64,000 bases of DNA from an uncultured Spirochaetaceae bacterium (GTDB taxonomy: Bacteria; Spirochaetota; Spirochaetia; DSM-27196; SLST01), in assembly GCA_964537725.1 (NCBI GenBank), contig CAZICD010000004.1, forward strand, positions 23,903 to 87,902. The letters run 5' to 3'. Of this stretch, positions 24,878 to 34,799 are shown piece after piece. The notes beneath the pieces are model-generated. The model made no database searches. It was not told where the DNA came from and was given only the letters and a program-made list of their open reading frames with translations. A program made the position numbers and the translations under genes. The number at the start of each line of letters is the position of its first letter. The stretch's first letter is position 1.

Positions 24878-26518
24878 ATGAGACGTGTGTTCCTGATGGG
24901 AATGGCGCTGCTGCTTGCTGGCGGGATGGCGTTCGCCGCCGGCCAGGGTGAGACAGCAGCCGAAGACGGCGCTCCGGTAACGATCGACTGGTTCGTGAAC
25001 GAGGGCTGGTACAACAACGAGTGGGACACGGAGAAGCCGGTCCACGCGTACATCACCGAGAACCACGGCGTCGAGTTCAACTTCCAGAACTCCGCGGGCG
25101 GTGGTACCGGCACCGAGAAGCTCAACGCGATGATCGCGGCGGACGACCTCACCGATATCGTCACGATGGGATGGTGGTACAGCCAGTTCCAGGACCTCCA
25201 GGCGGCGGGGATGGTCCACGCGCTCGACGAGGTCATCCCCGAGTACGCCCCCGGTCTCTGGGAAGAAGTGCCCGAGTTCATGGTCAACTGGTACACCTTC
25301 GAGGAAGACGGCCACTGGTACGGCTTCCCGAACATGTTCTGGGCCGAAGAGCAGATGAACGAGAAGAACTTCCTGACGACGAATGCCGGAATGGTCGCTC
25401 GCCAGGACATCATGGACGAGCTCGACATCACGGCCGACGACTTCAAGACCCAGGAGGGGATGCTCGAGGCGCTGCGCAAGGTGCGCGACGCGGACATCCA
25501 GTACAACGGGCTCGACGTCGTCCCCATCTACTTCACGCCCAACGGCGGCTTCCCCGGCACCTACGTCTGGGCGGGCATGTTCGGCATCCCGCGCGAAGAC
25601 GAGGACGGCGACTGGCGCGGAGGCGAGTTCGGCGGCGTGCCGCTCGAGGATCCCAAGTCGTACGAGCAGCTCCAGTTCGCGAACCAGCTCTTCCGCGAGG
25701 GACTGATCAGCAAGGAGAACTTCACCGCGGATCGCAGCCAAATCTCCGAGAAGATCGTCTCCGGCAGCATCTTCGCGCTCATGATGAACGTCGCAGACTA
25801 CCAGGGCGAGCTTCGCAACCTGTACAACGCCGACAACGACGCGATCTTCAAGCCCGTTGGGCCGCTCCACGCGAAAGACGGTGCACAGTCGCACCTGGTC
25901 AGCTCGGGTCTGACAGGCTGGCTCGTCTCGATGATCAGCGACGACACCGACCACCTCGACCGCATTCTCCCCTTCTGGGAGTGGCTCTACAGCAAGGAAG
26001 GGCTCCTCACGGTCAACTACGGCTTCGAGGGCGAGCACTACACGCTCAACGACGAAGGCCGCGTGGAATGGACCGACAGTTACCTCGAGATGGTCAACGA
26101 TCCCGACGTGAGTGCAACGGCGGTCGTGGGCAACGAAAACCTCTGGCTCCTGCAGAACAGCGTCACGAACCAGCAGGTCGAGCCGGCTCCGGCGACCCGA
26201 GGCGAGCAGATCGGCCGCGACGTCTGGGCCTACTTCGGTCCGTACGTCTACGACGACACCGCGTTCCAGAACCTGGGACCCTTCGGAGCCACCGACGAGT
26301 CCGCGATGGCAGCGGAGATCGGCGTCTACATGGAGGAGCAGCTTCCTCGCATGGTGCTCGCCGAGAGCGAGGCCGAGATGCGCGAGGCCTACGAGGAAAC
26401 TCTGGATACGCTGCAGGACATGGGCATCGAGCAGGTGCGCGACGTGCAGAACGAGCAGTTCCAGAAAAACAAGGATCGCATCGGCATCGATTACGCGTGG
26501 CCGACGCTGCGCAACTGA
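24878..26518 (+). CDS. Large extracellular solute-binding protein of the ABC importer (LplA-like, ~546 aa)
   Basis: Signal peptide MRRVFLMGMALLLAGGMAFAAG. Size and composition are typical of family-1 LplA-type oligosaccharide binding proteins. RBS AAAGGAGGA before the ATG at 24878. Confidence 0.85.
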   Translation: MRRVFLMGMALLLAGGMAFAAGQGETAAEDGAPVTIDWFVNEGWYNNEWDTEKPVHAYITENHGVEFNFQNSAGGGTGTEKLNAMIAADDLTDIVTMGWWYSQFQDLQAAGMVHALDEVIPEYAPGLWEEVPEFMVNWYTFEEDGHWYGFPNMFWAEEQMNEKNFLTTNAGMVARQDIMDELDITADDFKTQEGMLEALRKVRDADIQYNGLDVVPIYFTPNGGFPGTYVWAGMFGIPREDEDGDWRGGEFGGVPLEDPKSYEQLQFANQLFREGLISKENFTADRSQISEKIVSGSIFALMMNVADYQGELRNLYNADNDAIFKPVGPLHAKDGAQSHLVSSGLTGWLVSMISDDTDHLDRILPFWEWLYSKEGLLTVNYGFEGEHYTLNDEGRVEWTDSYLEMVNDPDVSATAVVGNENLWLLQNSVTNQQVEPAPATRGEQIGRDVWAYFGPYVYDDTAFQNLGPFGATDESAMAAEIGVYMEEQLPRMVLAESEAEMREAYEETLDTLQDMGIEQVRDVQNEQFQKNKDRIGIDYAWPTLRN

Positions 26519-26562
26519 TCCGCCGCCGGCGGTGATGAAACCGCGCGAAACGGCTACAATCG

Positions 26563-26593
26563 GGAGCGGGCGGAAGCCCGCTCCCTTTTTTTG
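26563..26593 (+). terminator. Rho-independent terminator
   Basis: GGGAGCGGGC - GGAA - GCCCGCTCCC followed by TTTTTTT, directly after the binding-protein gene. Confidence 0.85.
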
Positions 26594-26596
26594 ATT

Positions 26597-28456
26597 ATGG
26601 GCCGACTACCGATCGTGACCAGGATACGTACCGCGCTCCGTTCGAGTCTGCTGACTCGCTTCAGCGCCGTCTTCCTCGCGACGATTCTCGTACCGTCGCT
26701 CGCGATCCTGACCTACAGCATCGTGACGACGAGCCGGACGACACACGAGAGCGTCGTGGCCACCAGCAGGAGCATCGCCGGGGACGTGTTCGACGCGGTC
26801 GCCGGGGCGTTCGACGCCGGCAGCGTGCTCGCCGAGCAGATCACGCTCGTCTCCGCGCTCCGCGATTATCTGGAGGCCGATTTTCCGGAGACCGGCGACG
26901 CGGTCGTTTCGTTTCTCAGCCAGGTGCGTCCCATCCTCGACTACGCGGTCCGGTTCCGCGGCGGTGGAGTCGAGGGCGCGCGCGTCGTCACGAGCAATCC
27001 GACCCAGCCGGAGTCGTGGCCGTACTTCGTATCCGAGCGACGCATGCTCGAGGCGCCGTGGTACCGGGAGTTCCTCGCATCCGGCGAGGCCGGCGGCTGG
27101 TTCTACCCGAACGAGAGCGGGGTCCACTCGTCGTTCACGATCGACCAGATCGTCCGTCGACCGGTCTACACCTACGTCCGAAGGATCTACGACCTCCAGG
27201 GCGCACACCTGGGAAGCGTGATCGTCGACGTCCTCGAAGAATCGGTCCACGAAGCGATGCACGACCTCGCGCTCGAGTCGATCGCCTTCTCCTTGTTCCG
27301 CGCCGACGGCACCTTTCGTCGGGTCGCTGCGGCAGACACCACCCCGCTCGGCGAGCCCGACCTCGCGCGCTGGCAGGAGGCCGTCATGCGCGTCGCGCCG
27401 GTGGAGACGTGGGATGCGCAGTCGGGTTCGATGCGAAGCGGACGCTACACCTACTTCTGGCGAAGCCTTCCGGGGCCGCAGCTGATCGTGTCCGCGCGGG
27501 TCGACGCACACAGGCAGATCATGGAATCGGCGGCATCGAAGATCGTCGTCGGACTGGTCATCGTACTCGGCGTGATTGCGCTCGAGATAGGGACGTACCT
27601 CATTCTCAACCAGAGCTTTCGCCGCCTCTCCACCATGACGCGCGTGATGAATCGCGTCGCCGGCGGTGAATTCGAGCACCGCATTCCGGTCGACACCGAC
27701 GACGAGATCGGCCAGATCGCGAAGGACTTCAACATCCTCATCCGCCGGATCGACGACCTCGTCTCCGAGTCGATCCGACGGGAGACGCTGCAGAAAGACA
27801 CGCAGCTGAAGGCGCTTCAGTTCCAGATCAACCCACACTTCATCTACAACACGATCGACACGTTTCGGATGCGCCTGGAGATCGCGGGCGACGAGGAGCT
27901 CGCGGACTGCATGGCCAGCTTCGGCAAGCTGATTCGCTACAACATCACCGGCCACTCGCTGTTCGCACCGCTCGCCGACGAGCTCGACGTGGTGGAGCGC
28001 TACGTGCAGATCGAACGGACACGGTACGCGGATGCCGTGGAGCTGGCGCCGCGAGAGGTTCAGCGGGAACGGGAAGTGCCGGTGTTGCGGTTCCTGCTCC
28101 AGCCCATCGTGGAGAACTCCATCCGCCACGGTCGCACGGACGACTCGGAACGTCCGCTCCGTATCACCATCGCCGCCGCGCTCGACGACGAGGGCCTGAC
28201 GCTCACGGTGACCGACAACGGACGGGGCATGAGCACGGAACGTCTGACCGAGGTCAGACGTCACATCGAGGATCAGGCGGCGCGCCTCGCGGTAGACGGC
28301 GAGAACGGAATCGGACTCGGGAACATCGCGGCGAGACTCGCGCTTCACTACGGCGGGCGGGCTGCGATCGCGGTGGACTCGACTGAAGGCGTCTCTACTG
28401 CGGTGACGGTACGGATGCCCGTTGAGGTCTCAGACGATGACTGCGCTTATCGTTGA
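26597..28456 (+). CDS. Sensor histidine kinase, YesM/LytS-type (2 TM + HAMP + His_kinase + HATPase)
   Basis: HAMP region (RRLSTMTRVMNRVAGGEFEHRIPVDTDDEIGQIAKDFN), the QINPHFIYNTIDT phosphoacceptor region and HATPase motifs (ENSIRHG, DNGRGM, GIGLGN). The track start at 26591 (TTG) lies inside the terminator U-tract. Confidence 0.85.
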   Translation: MGRLPIVTRIRTALRSSLLTRFSAVFLATILVPSLAILTYSIVTTSRTTHESVVATSRSIAGDVFDAVAGAFDAGSVLAEQITLVSALRDYLEADFPETGDAVVSFLSQVRPILDYAVRFRGGGVEGARVVTSNPTQPESWPYFVSERRMLEAPWYREFLASGEAGGWFYPNESGVHSSFTIDQIVRRPVYTYVRRIYDLQGAHLGSVIVDVLEESVHEAMHDLALESIAFSLFRADGTFRRVAAADTTPLGEPDLARWQEAVMRVAPVETWDAQSGSMRSGRYTYFWRSLPGPQLIVSARVDAHRQIMESAASKIVVGLVIVLGVIALEIGTYLILNQSFRRLSTMTRVMNRVAGGEFEHRIPVDTDDEIGQIAKDFNILIRRIDDLVSESIRRETLQKDTQLKALQFQINPHFIYNTIDTFRMRLEIAGDEELADCMASFGKLIRYNITGHSLFAPLADELDVVERYVQIERTRYADAVELAPREVQREREVPVLRFLLQPIVENSIRHGRTDDSERPLRITIAAALDDEGLTLTVTDNGRGMSTERLTEVRRHIEDQAARLAVDGENGIGLGNIAARLALHYGGRAAIAVDSTEGVSTAVTVRMPVEVSDDDCAYR

Positions 28457-29969
28457 CGACGAAAAGGTGATCTGCGACGGCCTGCGAACGCTCGTCGAGA
28501 GGCTCGCGCTACCGGAGCTCACCACGATTCGGACCGCCTATCGCGCCGACGACGCGCTGCAGATCGTGCGCGAGATTCTGCCGGATATTCTCGTCACCGA
28601 CATCCGGATGCCCGGCAAGTCGGGGCTCGAGCTCATCGCGGATGCCCGCCGCGTACGGCCGGACCTGCGCGCGATCATCGTAACCGGGTACGACGATTTC
28701 GAGCTGGTACGCGAGGCGCTCCGGCTCGAGGCGATCGACTACCTGCTCAAGCCCGCGACGAGGGATGAGGTGCGCGGAGCGCTCGAGCGCGCGATCGACG
28801 AGATCCGTCGAATCCAGGACACGCGCAACGCGCTCGACAACGAGCGGCAGGGTTACTTCGACTCGATCATCGATGCGGCGTGGCCGTGGTTCGCCGAGGG
28901 TGTGGAGATCACGCCCGCGGCGATCCGTCGCCTCGACGACGGCCTGCGCGAGCGGATCGGGTTCGACGCCGCGATGCTCGTGGCCTTCGAAAGCGAAACC
29001 GACGAGGCCGGTGCGCTCGGTGGGGAGATCCTCAGCCGTGTCGCGTCGGGAGCCGGACACGGAATCATCTGGCGACTGCGTGAGAAGGGTGCGGCGGCGA
29101 TAGGCATCCTCACGGCGGCAACGCTGCAGACGCTCACCGACACCGCGCACGTGCTCGGCCGGGCTGCGCGGCTCGAGGGGCACCTGCACGTCTCGTACGC
29201 GGGCCCGCGTCCCGGCGTACGCTCGCTGCCGGCGCTGATGGACGCGCTGCGTCGCGCCCGGGTACGCAAACTCGTAGACGACGGGTACGTTCACCAGTAC
29301 CATGCGGGCGGGAAGCTCCCCCACTCGGACGGCTGGGCGGAGGCGAAAGCACGCGAAATCGCGGAGGCGCTGCGTCGCGCGCCGCAGGCCGAGCGCTCGC
29401 GTCTGACCGCGGCGGCAGATGCAGTGCGCGAGGCGGCCCGCGATCCGGATCGGCTTCTCGGGCTCTGGGACGCGTTGGAGGACAACCTGCGCCGCACGAG
29501 CGCTCCGAGCTCGCTGAGGCTACCGCCGATCACCGGCTTCTTCACGGCCGAACAGGCCGCCCGGGCCGTCGTCTCTGCGCTCGACCGAACCGGCGAAGAC
29601 GCGACGACGACGCAGCACCGGGCGGTGAGCCGGGCACGAGCGTTCGTCGCAGAGCATTACGACGAGCAGCACACGATGCGGGACGTCGCCGATCGGCTCG
29701 GGATGAGCTACGCGTACTTCTCGACGCTGTTCAAGCAGCAGACCGGCGAGACGTACTCACATTACCTCACGCGCGTACGCATGGAAGAGGCGGCACGTCT
29801 GCTCGACGAACCCGGCCTGCCCGTTGCCGAGGTCGCGGCGCGGGTGGGGTATCTCTATCCGAAGCACTTCACCCGTGCGTTCAAGAGGTTCCACGGGGTC
29901 ACGCCGCAGCAGTACGCCGCCGGCGAAACGGCGCCGGACAGATCCGACGACGCTCCCCCTACCCCCTGA
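28437..29969 (+). CDS. Response regulator with AraC-type HTH output (YesN-like)
   Basis: Receiver domain (ALIVDDE..., DILVTDIRMPGKSG, KP) and a C-terminal AraC HTH (YFSTLFKQQTGETYSHYLTRVRMEEAARLL ... FTRAFKRFHGVTPQQY). Confidence 0.85.
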   Translation: MTALIVDDEKVICDGLRTLVERLALPELTTIRTAYRADDALQIVREILPDILVTDIRMPGKSGLELIADARRVRPDLRAIIVTGYDDFELVREALRLEAIDYLLKPATRDEVRGALERAIDEIRRIQDTRNALDNERQGYFDSIIDAAWPWFAEGVEITPAAIRRLDDGLRERIGFDAAMLVAFESETDEAGALGGEILSRVASGAGHGIIWRLREKGAAAIGILTAATLQTLTDTAHVLGRAARLEGHLHVSYAGPRPGVRSLPALMDALRRARVRKLVDDGYVHQYHAGGKLPHSDGWAEAKAREIAEALRRAPQAERSRLTAAADAVREAARDPDRLLGLWDALEDNLRRTSAPSSLRLPPITGFFTAEQAARAVVSALDRTGEDATTTQHRAVSRARAFVAEHYDEQHTMRDVADRLGMSYAYFSTLFKQQTGETYSHYLTRVRMEEAARLLDEPGLPVAEVAARVGYLYPKHFTRAFKRFHGVTPQQYAAGETAPDRSDDAPPTP

Positions 29970-31257
29970 ATCGTGCCCACTTCACGATCTCGCCCATCGA
30001 GAACCGCTTCCCGGTCATGAGGATGCCGACGCGGAAGATCTTCGCCGCGAGCAGCGCGACGAGGACGATCGATCCGACGAGGAGCACGAGGCAGAGCCCG
30101 ACCTCCCACGCCGCCGGCGACCCGAGCATCAGACGCTGGAACATCACGATCGGAGACGTGAGCGGGAAGATCGAGAGGATCTGCGGTACGGTGCCGTCCG
30201 GATTGCTCGTCGTCGCACCGATCATGATCATGGGAATCACGAGAAACATGATCACCGGCCAGCCCAGCTGACCGAGATGCTGCTCGTCCTCGGCGGCGGC
30301 ACCCAGCGCGGCGTACACGGTCGAATAGAGGAAGAACGCGAGCAGGAAGAAGCCGACGAGGTAGACGTAGTTCGTCGCGCCTCCGGCGAGCGATATCTGC
30401 AGGTCGAACAGCGGGCCGAGCACCTGCAGGAAGAGCACCGCCATGCCGATCCAGATCGCGTACTGGAGCAGACTCGCCCCGGCCTTTCCGGCGATCTTGC
30501 CAACGAGCAGCTCGCGCGGGTTCACCGAGGAGAGCATGATTTCGACCGTCTTCGAACGCTTCTCGCGAAGGACGGAGCTTCCAATCGACTGCCCGTAGAG
30601 GAGAATGGTCATGTAGAGCAGGAACGTGAACGCGAGCGCGGTGAACAGAACGCTCATGATGTCCTCGCCGGCCTGGTCGCCCTCGCCGTCGACACGGCGG
30701 ACCTCGAGATCGGGCGGATCGGTGAGTGAGCGAACCTGCGCCGGGTCGAAGCCGGCGCCGGCGAGCCGTTGCGCGACGATCACCTGACCGATGATGCCTT
30801 CGAGCGTGCCGACGAGCTGGAAGTTCGTGCCGCCGGCGGTGACGAACCTCAACGACTCCGCCTCGGTCGCGTCTTCCGGCAGGACGACGTACCCGTCGAT
30901 CGTCCCCTCGGCGAGCGCCTCGCGCAGCTCAATCTCGTTCTCACCGGCCGATACGAGCTCCACCGGCGCCGCGGAGAACGCGGGTTCGAGCGCCCCACGC
31001 AGCCCCGGGTTGCCGAGCACCGCGATCCGGCTCGCATCGCCACCACCGCCTCCCATCGCGAGCAGACTGGGCAGGATACTCATCGCGACGATGAGAAACG
31101 GACCGATGATCGTGATGATGACGAACGCCTTGTTCGCCGCGGTGAGCCGAAACTCCATCCCGGCGACGCGGAGCATCTTCCGCGAAAGCGTTCGTCCGCG
31201 GCCGGCGCTCGCGCGACTCCGCGGCTCCTGCACGGTCTGAGGCGACTGATCACTCAT
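29959..31257 (-). CDS. ABC-2 type transporter permease (NatB-like)
   Basis: N-terminal TM helix, a large extracytoplasmic loop and a C-terminal bundle of 5 TM helices, typical of ABC-2 permeases. ATG at 31257 follows GGAGGG and overlaps the ATPase gene end by 8 nt. Confidence 0.8.
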   Translation of the reverse strand: MSDQSPQTVQEPRSRASAGRGRTLSRKMLRVAGMEFRLTAANKAFVIITIIGPFLIVAMSILPSLLAMGGGGGDASRIAVLGNPGLRGALEPAFSAAPVELVSAGENEIELREALAEGTIDGYVVLPEDATEAESLRFVTAGGTNFQLVGTLEGIIGQVIVAQRLAGAGFDPAQVRSLTDPPDLEVRRVDGEGDQAGEDIMSVLFTALAFTFLLYMTILLYGQSIGSSVLREKRSKTVEIMLSSVNPRELLVGKIAGKAGASLLQYAIWIGMAVLFLQVLGPLFDLQISLAGGATNYVYLVGFFLLAFFLYSTVYAALGAAAEDEQHLGQLGWPVIMFLVIPMIMIGATTSNPDGTVPQILSIFPLTSPIVMFQRLMLGSPAAWEVGLCLVLLVGSIVLVALLAAKIFRVGILMTGKRFSMGEIVKWARFRG

Positions 31258-32149
31258 CGCGGGACCCTCCAAGCTGGTCGACGAAGATTTTGTGCAGCGA
31301 AGGCAGGACGACCTCGAACTTGCGGACGGACACCCTGCCGGCGAGCGCGGCGAACACCGCGTCCGCGTCGTGGCCGTCGGCGAGCTCGATCTCGGCCCAC
31401 CGCGGATAGTGGATCAGGCTCTTGACCGCCTCGTGGTGCTGGAGGAAGTCGATATCGCCGTCGAACTCGAGCATGATCGTGCGATGACCGTACCGCTCCT
31501 TCACCTGGGCGAGCGGTCCGTCGACGACGGTGCGCCCGCGGTTGAGGATCAGCACCCGGTGGCAGATCCGCTCGGCCTGCTCCATGTTGTGCGTGGAGAA
31601 CAGCAGCGTCTTCCCCGCGCGGTTGAGGTCGAGGATCGCCTCGCGAAGCACATCGGTACTCACCGGATCGAGACCCGCAAAGGGCTCGTCGAGGAAGATG
31701 AACTCCGGATCGTGCAGGATGGAGGCGATGAGCTGGATCTTCTGCGCCATGCCCTTGGAGAGCTCCTCGATCTTGCGGTGCTTCCACTCGGCGAGATCGA
31801 ACCGCTCGAGCCATTCGTCCATCCGCGGCTCCGCGTCCGCCCGGCTGACGTTCTTGAGCGCGGCGAGGTAGAGAAGCATGTCGCCCACCGTTACGTTACC
31901 GTAGAGGCCCCGTTCCTCGGGAAGGTAGCCGATCCGGTTCTTGTCATCCTCGGTGAGCGGAGAACCGGCGAACGAGATACGCCCGGAGTCGGGCGCGATG
32001 ATATTCATGATCATCCGGATCGTCGTGGACTTTCCGGCGCCGTTCGGGCCGAGCAGACCGAAGATCTCTCCGGCGTTGCTTTCGAACGAGAGCGCGTCCA
32101 CGGCGAGGGTCTCGCCGTAGCGCTTGGTGATCTCGTGGACGGTGAGCAT
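31250..32149 (-). CDS. ABC transporter ATP-binding protein (NatA-like)
   Basis: Walker A GPNGAGKST, signature LSKGMAQK, Walker B FIFLDEPFAGLD and H-loop STHNM. Start MLTVHEITKRYG at 32149 after GAGGAG. Confidence 0.9.
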   Translation of the reverse strand: MLTVHEITKRYGETLAVDALSFESNAGEIFGLLGPNGAGKSTTIRMIMNIIAPDSGRISFAGSPLTEDDKNRIGYLPEERGLYGNVTVGDMLLYLAALKNVSRADAEPRMDEWLERFDLAEWKHRKIEELSKGMAQKIQLIASILHDPEFIFLDEPFAGLDPVSTDVLREAILDLNRAGKTLLFSTHNMEQAERICHRVLILNRGRTVVDGPLAQVKERYGHRTIMLEFDGDIDFLQHHEAVKSLIHYPRWAEIELADGHDADAVFAALAGRVSVRKFEVVLPSLHKIFVDQLGGSRDE

Positions 32150-32286
32150 GGGCACTCCTCGTGGGGAATGCCCGGAGTCTACCAAAAGTTTGGTCTGCCG
32201 AAAAGGGGGTGCGGCCGCCGCCGACAGCGGTCGCTGCGGACGGCGGGCGCAGGTTCACCCGCCGGCGGGGGGTGGCGGCCGCAGGT

Positions 32287-33441
32287 TCACCCGCCGAGCG
32301 CGGCGGCGACCTCCTTCATCTGCTTGCGGATGGGGATGTTCTGCGGACACTTCGGCTCGCACACTCCGCACTGGATGCAGTGCTCGGCCGAAAGCCCCAC
32401 GATCTTCTGCGGCGACCAGGGCGCGTTGAAGCCCTCCTCGCTCAGCTTCGCGTACGCCTCCTTCGCCTGCTCGGTCAGACCCCAGACGCGATGCCAGTTC
32501 ATGAACCGGAAGTTCTCCGGGATGTTCACGCCGTTGGGGCAGGGCATGCAGTAGCCGCAGGCGGTGCAGTAGAGCTCGGTGAGGGCGCGGTTCTTCTCGA
32601 GGATCGCGTCGATCTGAGCAGCCTCCGCCTCGCCCATCGCGGACGTGTTCTCGGCGCTCGCGACGTTCTCCTCGATCTGGTCCATCTCGTTCATGCCGGA
32701 GAGCGCGACGGTCACGCCGTCGGTGCCCCACACGTGGCGCAACGCGAGATCGGGCAGCCGCAGATCCTCGATTCCCTCGCCCGGAACCGCGACCGCCCCG
32801 GGGACGCCCAGCCGCCCGCCGGCGACCGGCCCCATGATCGTCACGCCCATGCCGCGCTTCTTCGCCGCGTTGATCGCGGGGATGTTGTGGTCGTCGAGAA
32901 AGTTGTACTGCAGGAGCACGCCCTCGAACTCGCCGGTCTCGATGAGCCTGACGATGTTCTCTGCACTGTCGTGGCTGGAGAAACCGACGTGACGCACGAG
33001 CCCCTCGTCCTGCGCCTTGCGCGCGGCCTCGAGCGCGTAACCCGGCTTGCTCACGTGCTCCCCGAACGCGTCCCAGCGCAGCCCGTGGAAGAGGATCAGG
33101 TCGATGTAGTCCATGTCGAAACGACCGAGTTGCTCCTCGAGCTGACGGCGCCACTCACGACCCACCGAGTTCTTGATGTCGTTGCTGGGGATCTTGGTGA
33201 CGAGAAAGAGCTTCTCGCGATCGTAGCCCTTGATCGCCTTGCCCACCGCGACCTCACTCGTCCCGCTGATGTAGCCCCGCGCGCTGTCGATATAGTTGAT
33301 GCCAAGATCGATACCGCGGCGCAGCAGCGGCACCGATGCCTCGTAGTCGCAGGTGCCGTCTTCGAGTTGGGGCAGGCGCATCGCGCCGAAACCGAGCATA
33401 GATACGTTGCGGCCCGTCGATCCGTAGGGTCGATACTGCAT
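32287..33441 (-). CDS. Aldo/keto reductase fused to a C-terminal 2x[4Fe-4S] ferredoxin-like domain
   Basis: AKR motifs (GINYIDSARGY, FHGL, GFSSHD) followed by CTACGYCMPCPNG and CIQCGVCEPKCPQNIP. Confidence 0.85.
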   Translation of the reverse strand: MQYRPYGSTGRNVSMLGFGAMRLPQLEDGTCDYEASVPLLRRGIDLGINYIDSARGYISGTSEVAVGKAIKGYDREKLFLVTKIPSNDIKNSVGREWRRQLEEQLGRFDMDYIDLILFHGLRWDAFGEHVSKPGYALEAARKAQDEGLVRHVGFSSHDSAENIVRLIETGEFEGVLLQYNFLDDHNIPAINAAKKRGMGVTIMGPVAGGRLGVPGAVAVPGEGIEDLRLPDLALRHVWGTDGVTVALSGMNEMDQIEENVASAENTSAMGEAEAAQIDAILEKNRALTELYCTACGYCMPCPNGVNIPENFRFMNWHRVWGLTEQAKEAYAKLSEEGFNAPWSPQKIVGLSAEHCIQCGVCEPKCPQNIPIRKQMKEVAAALGG

Positions 33442-33563
33442 GAGAACTCCTCGTTCCGTTCTGGTATATGGGATATCATAGCACGAACCGGCATGAAGGT
33501 GAAACGGGGGTGTCGAACAGAATCCTCACACAATTCTCATAATTGGGGAGTACGGTCCGCGCG

Positions 33564-34799
33564 ATGAGTCAGGCGACAGACGGAGTTCGGGTGGTGTCGC
33601 AGGCGGAGCTCGATGCGAACCGCAAACGGCGCCGGACGCTCGAGAATCTGGAGGGGTACGCGTTCATCGCACCGGCGGTGGTGCTGATCGGCCTGTTCGG
33701 CATCTTTCCGGTCTTCTTCACCGTCTTCGTGAGCTCCCACCGCTGGAGAATCCGACGCGGTGATTTCATCGCCGCGGAGAATTTCGTCGACGCGCTGGGC
33801 AGCCTGGGTCTGGCGGCTCTCCTGGTCGTCGGTATCTTCGCGATCGTGTTCTCGAGCAGGCTGATCCGCTCGGCGAACGCCCGGCGAACGGCGGTCCGGC
33901 ACGAGACGACGGGTGCCGACATCGTCCGCGTCGTCGTCGGGTGGCTCGGCGTGGTGGCCGGGGTCGTCGGGGTTGCGGTCGTGCTCCCGCAGATCTGGGC
34001 GACCGGCGACGACGACATGCTCGACAGCCTGCGGATCACGGTCTGGTACGCGGCGGGCACCGTCCCGGTACAGCTCGCCTTCGGGCTCCTGCTCGCCGTG
34101 CTGCTCGATCAGCGCTTCGCCGGCAGGCAGGCGTTCCGGGTCATCTTCCTCCTTCCCTACATCGTACCGACCGTCGCGAGCGCGGCCATCTTCCAGGTGC
34201 TCTTCTCGCTGCGCCCCGAGAGCTTCGCCAACGAGCTCATCGCCCTCTTCGGGGCGGGGCCGCTCGGCTGGCTGGGTGAGCGTACCGGCGTCTTCCAGAT
34301 GGCCTTCGGCTGGGGAAGCGGCGAAGCGACGACGGCATTCGCGCAGTACTGGCAGGGCTGGGCGCAGGGGCCGAGCCTGGCGCTCGTGTCGATCATGATC
34401 TTCAACTACTGGGTCTACATCGGCTACTACGCGCTCATCTACTCGAACGGCCTGGCGAACATCCCCCGACAGCTCTACGAGGCCGCGGAGGTCGATGGCG
34501 CGCGCAAGACCACCGTTTTCTTCCGGATCATCGTCCCGCTGCTCTCGCCGTCCACCTACTTCCTCTCGCTGCTCGGCGTGATCGGCACGTTCAAGGCGTT
34601 CAACAGCATCTACGTGCTGCGCAACAGCGCCACCGGAGGCGCCACCGATCCGATGAGCGTGTACATCTTCTTCAGCTTCTTCCGGCGCAGCCGATTCGGG
34701 TACGCGGCGGCCATGGCGCTGCTGCTCTTCCTCCTCGTGCTCGGCCTGACGTTCATCCAGAGAAGGCTGATGGAACGGAGGGTCCACTATGGCGAGTAG
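33564..34799 (+). CDS. Carbohydrate ABC transporter permease (MalF-like)
   Basis: EAA loop YEAAEVDGARKTTVFFRIIVPLL and multiple TM helices. Start ambiguous (33543 or 33564). Confidence 0.85.
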   Translation: MSQATDGVRVVSQAELDANRKRRRTLENLEGYAFIAPAVVLIGLFGIFPVFFTVFVSSHRWRIRRGDFIAAENFVDALGSLGLAALLVVGIFAIVFSSRLIRSANARRTAVRHETTGADIVRVVVGWLGVVAGVVGVAVVLPQIWATGDDDMLDSLRITVWYAAGTVPVQLAFGLLLAVLLDQRFAGRQAFRVIFLLPYIVPTVASAAIFQVLFSLRPESFANELIALFGAGPLGWLGERTGVFQMAFGWGSGEATTAFAQYWQGWAQGPSLALVSIMIFNYWVYIGYYALIYSNGLANIPRQLYEAAEVDGARKTTVFFRIIVPLLSPSTYFLSLLGVIGTFKAFNSIYVLRNSATGGATDPMSVYIFFSFFRRSRFGYAAAMALLLFLLVLGLTFIQRRLMERRVHYGE

